From Ginkgo biloba (lineage: Eukaryota; Plantae; Ginkgophyta): a stretch of 21,911 nt of DNA. The notes beneath the pieces were generated by a model. It was not told the DNA's origin. It made no database searches and saw nothing but the letters and a program-made list of their open reading frames with translations. The position numbers and the translations under genes were made by a program. The stretch is from the NCBI GenBank assembly GCA_024626585.2, contig JANKJI020000001.1, positions 14,891,048 through 14,912,958 on the forward strand, read 5' to 3'. Shown one piece after another: positions 21,521 to 21,911 of this stretch; position 1 is the first letter of the stretch, and the number at the start of each line of letters is the position of its first letter.

Positions 21521-21911
21521 TTAGTGATCTAAATAGGTTATGTTACTAAAAATTCACTCAAAATTATATGAAATATAGAGGTACAATAGAATACATAAAA
21601 TTCATATAGAATATAGAAAGTATCCATGACATCAATCCAAAAGATCATGGAATAGAATGCATAAATAATAATAGAACTCCTTTGAGCCCAAAAAAGCATT
21701 AAGGGACTCACTTGATCCAAAATATAAAAAGGAAGAGAAAATAAAAATAATATCAAGATCAAATTCAAATTATATATTAAAAATAAACCTTAGTTTAATT
21801 TATATATTAAAAAATAGGCTTCCTTACCCTTAATCCTGTCCTACATGCTAATATGGTAAACCCTGTGGAAACATGGGTCTAACACATGTCTCTCACATAA
21901 TTAAAATAATC

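Overview
Gapped draft assembly of a seed-plant nuclear genome: AT-rich and full of old, decayed LTR retrotransposons. The pattern suggests a large gymnosperm-type genome, but the taxon cannot be established from the sequence. About 14 kb of degenerate transposon and intergenic DNA (a gag remnant, an old tandem duplication, a near-complete chromovirus-type Ty3/gypsy element at ~4439-9140) precedes a CpG-rich island carrying an OVATE family protein (OFP) locus. That locus is the unusual part. A 5' OFP copy (ATG 15586) has a premature TAA at 16501 and loses OFP homology at ~16623. It then runs into an intronless, frameshifted copy of the HSP90 co-chaperone p23 (16792-~17220), followed by an AT-rich insertion. 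After a 100-N gap, a second OFP copy repeats 215 bp at ~90% identity without the stop and continues to an intact OVATE domain (stop 18870). A GTNAAT hexamer array in the putative OFP 5' UTR creates six upstream ATGs, three of them ATG-TGA. Athila-like Ty3/gypsy fragments on the minus strand end the window. All alignments and counts were done by eye, and mis-assembly across the gaps cannot be excluded.
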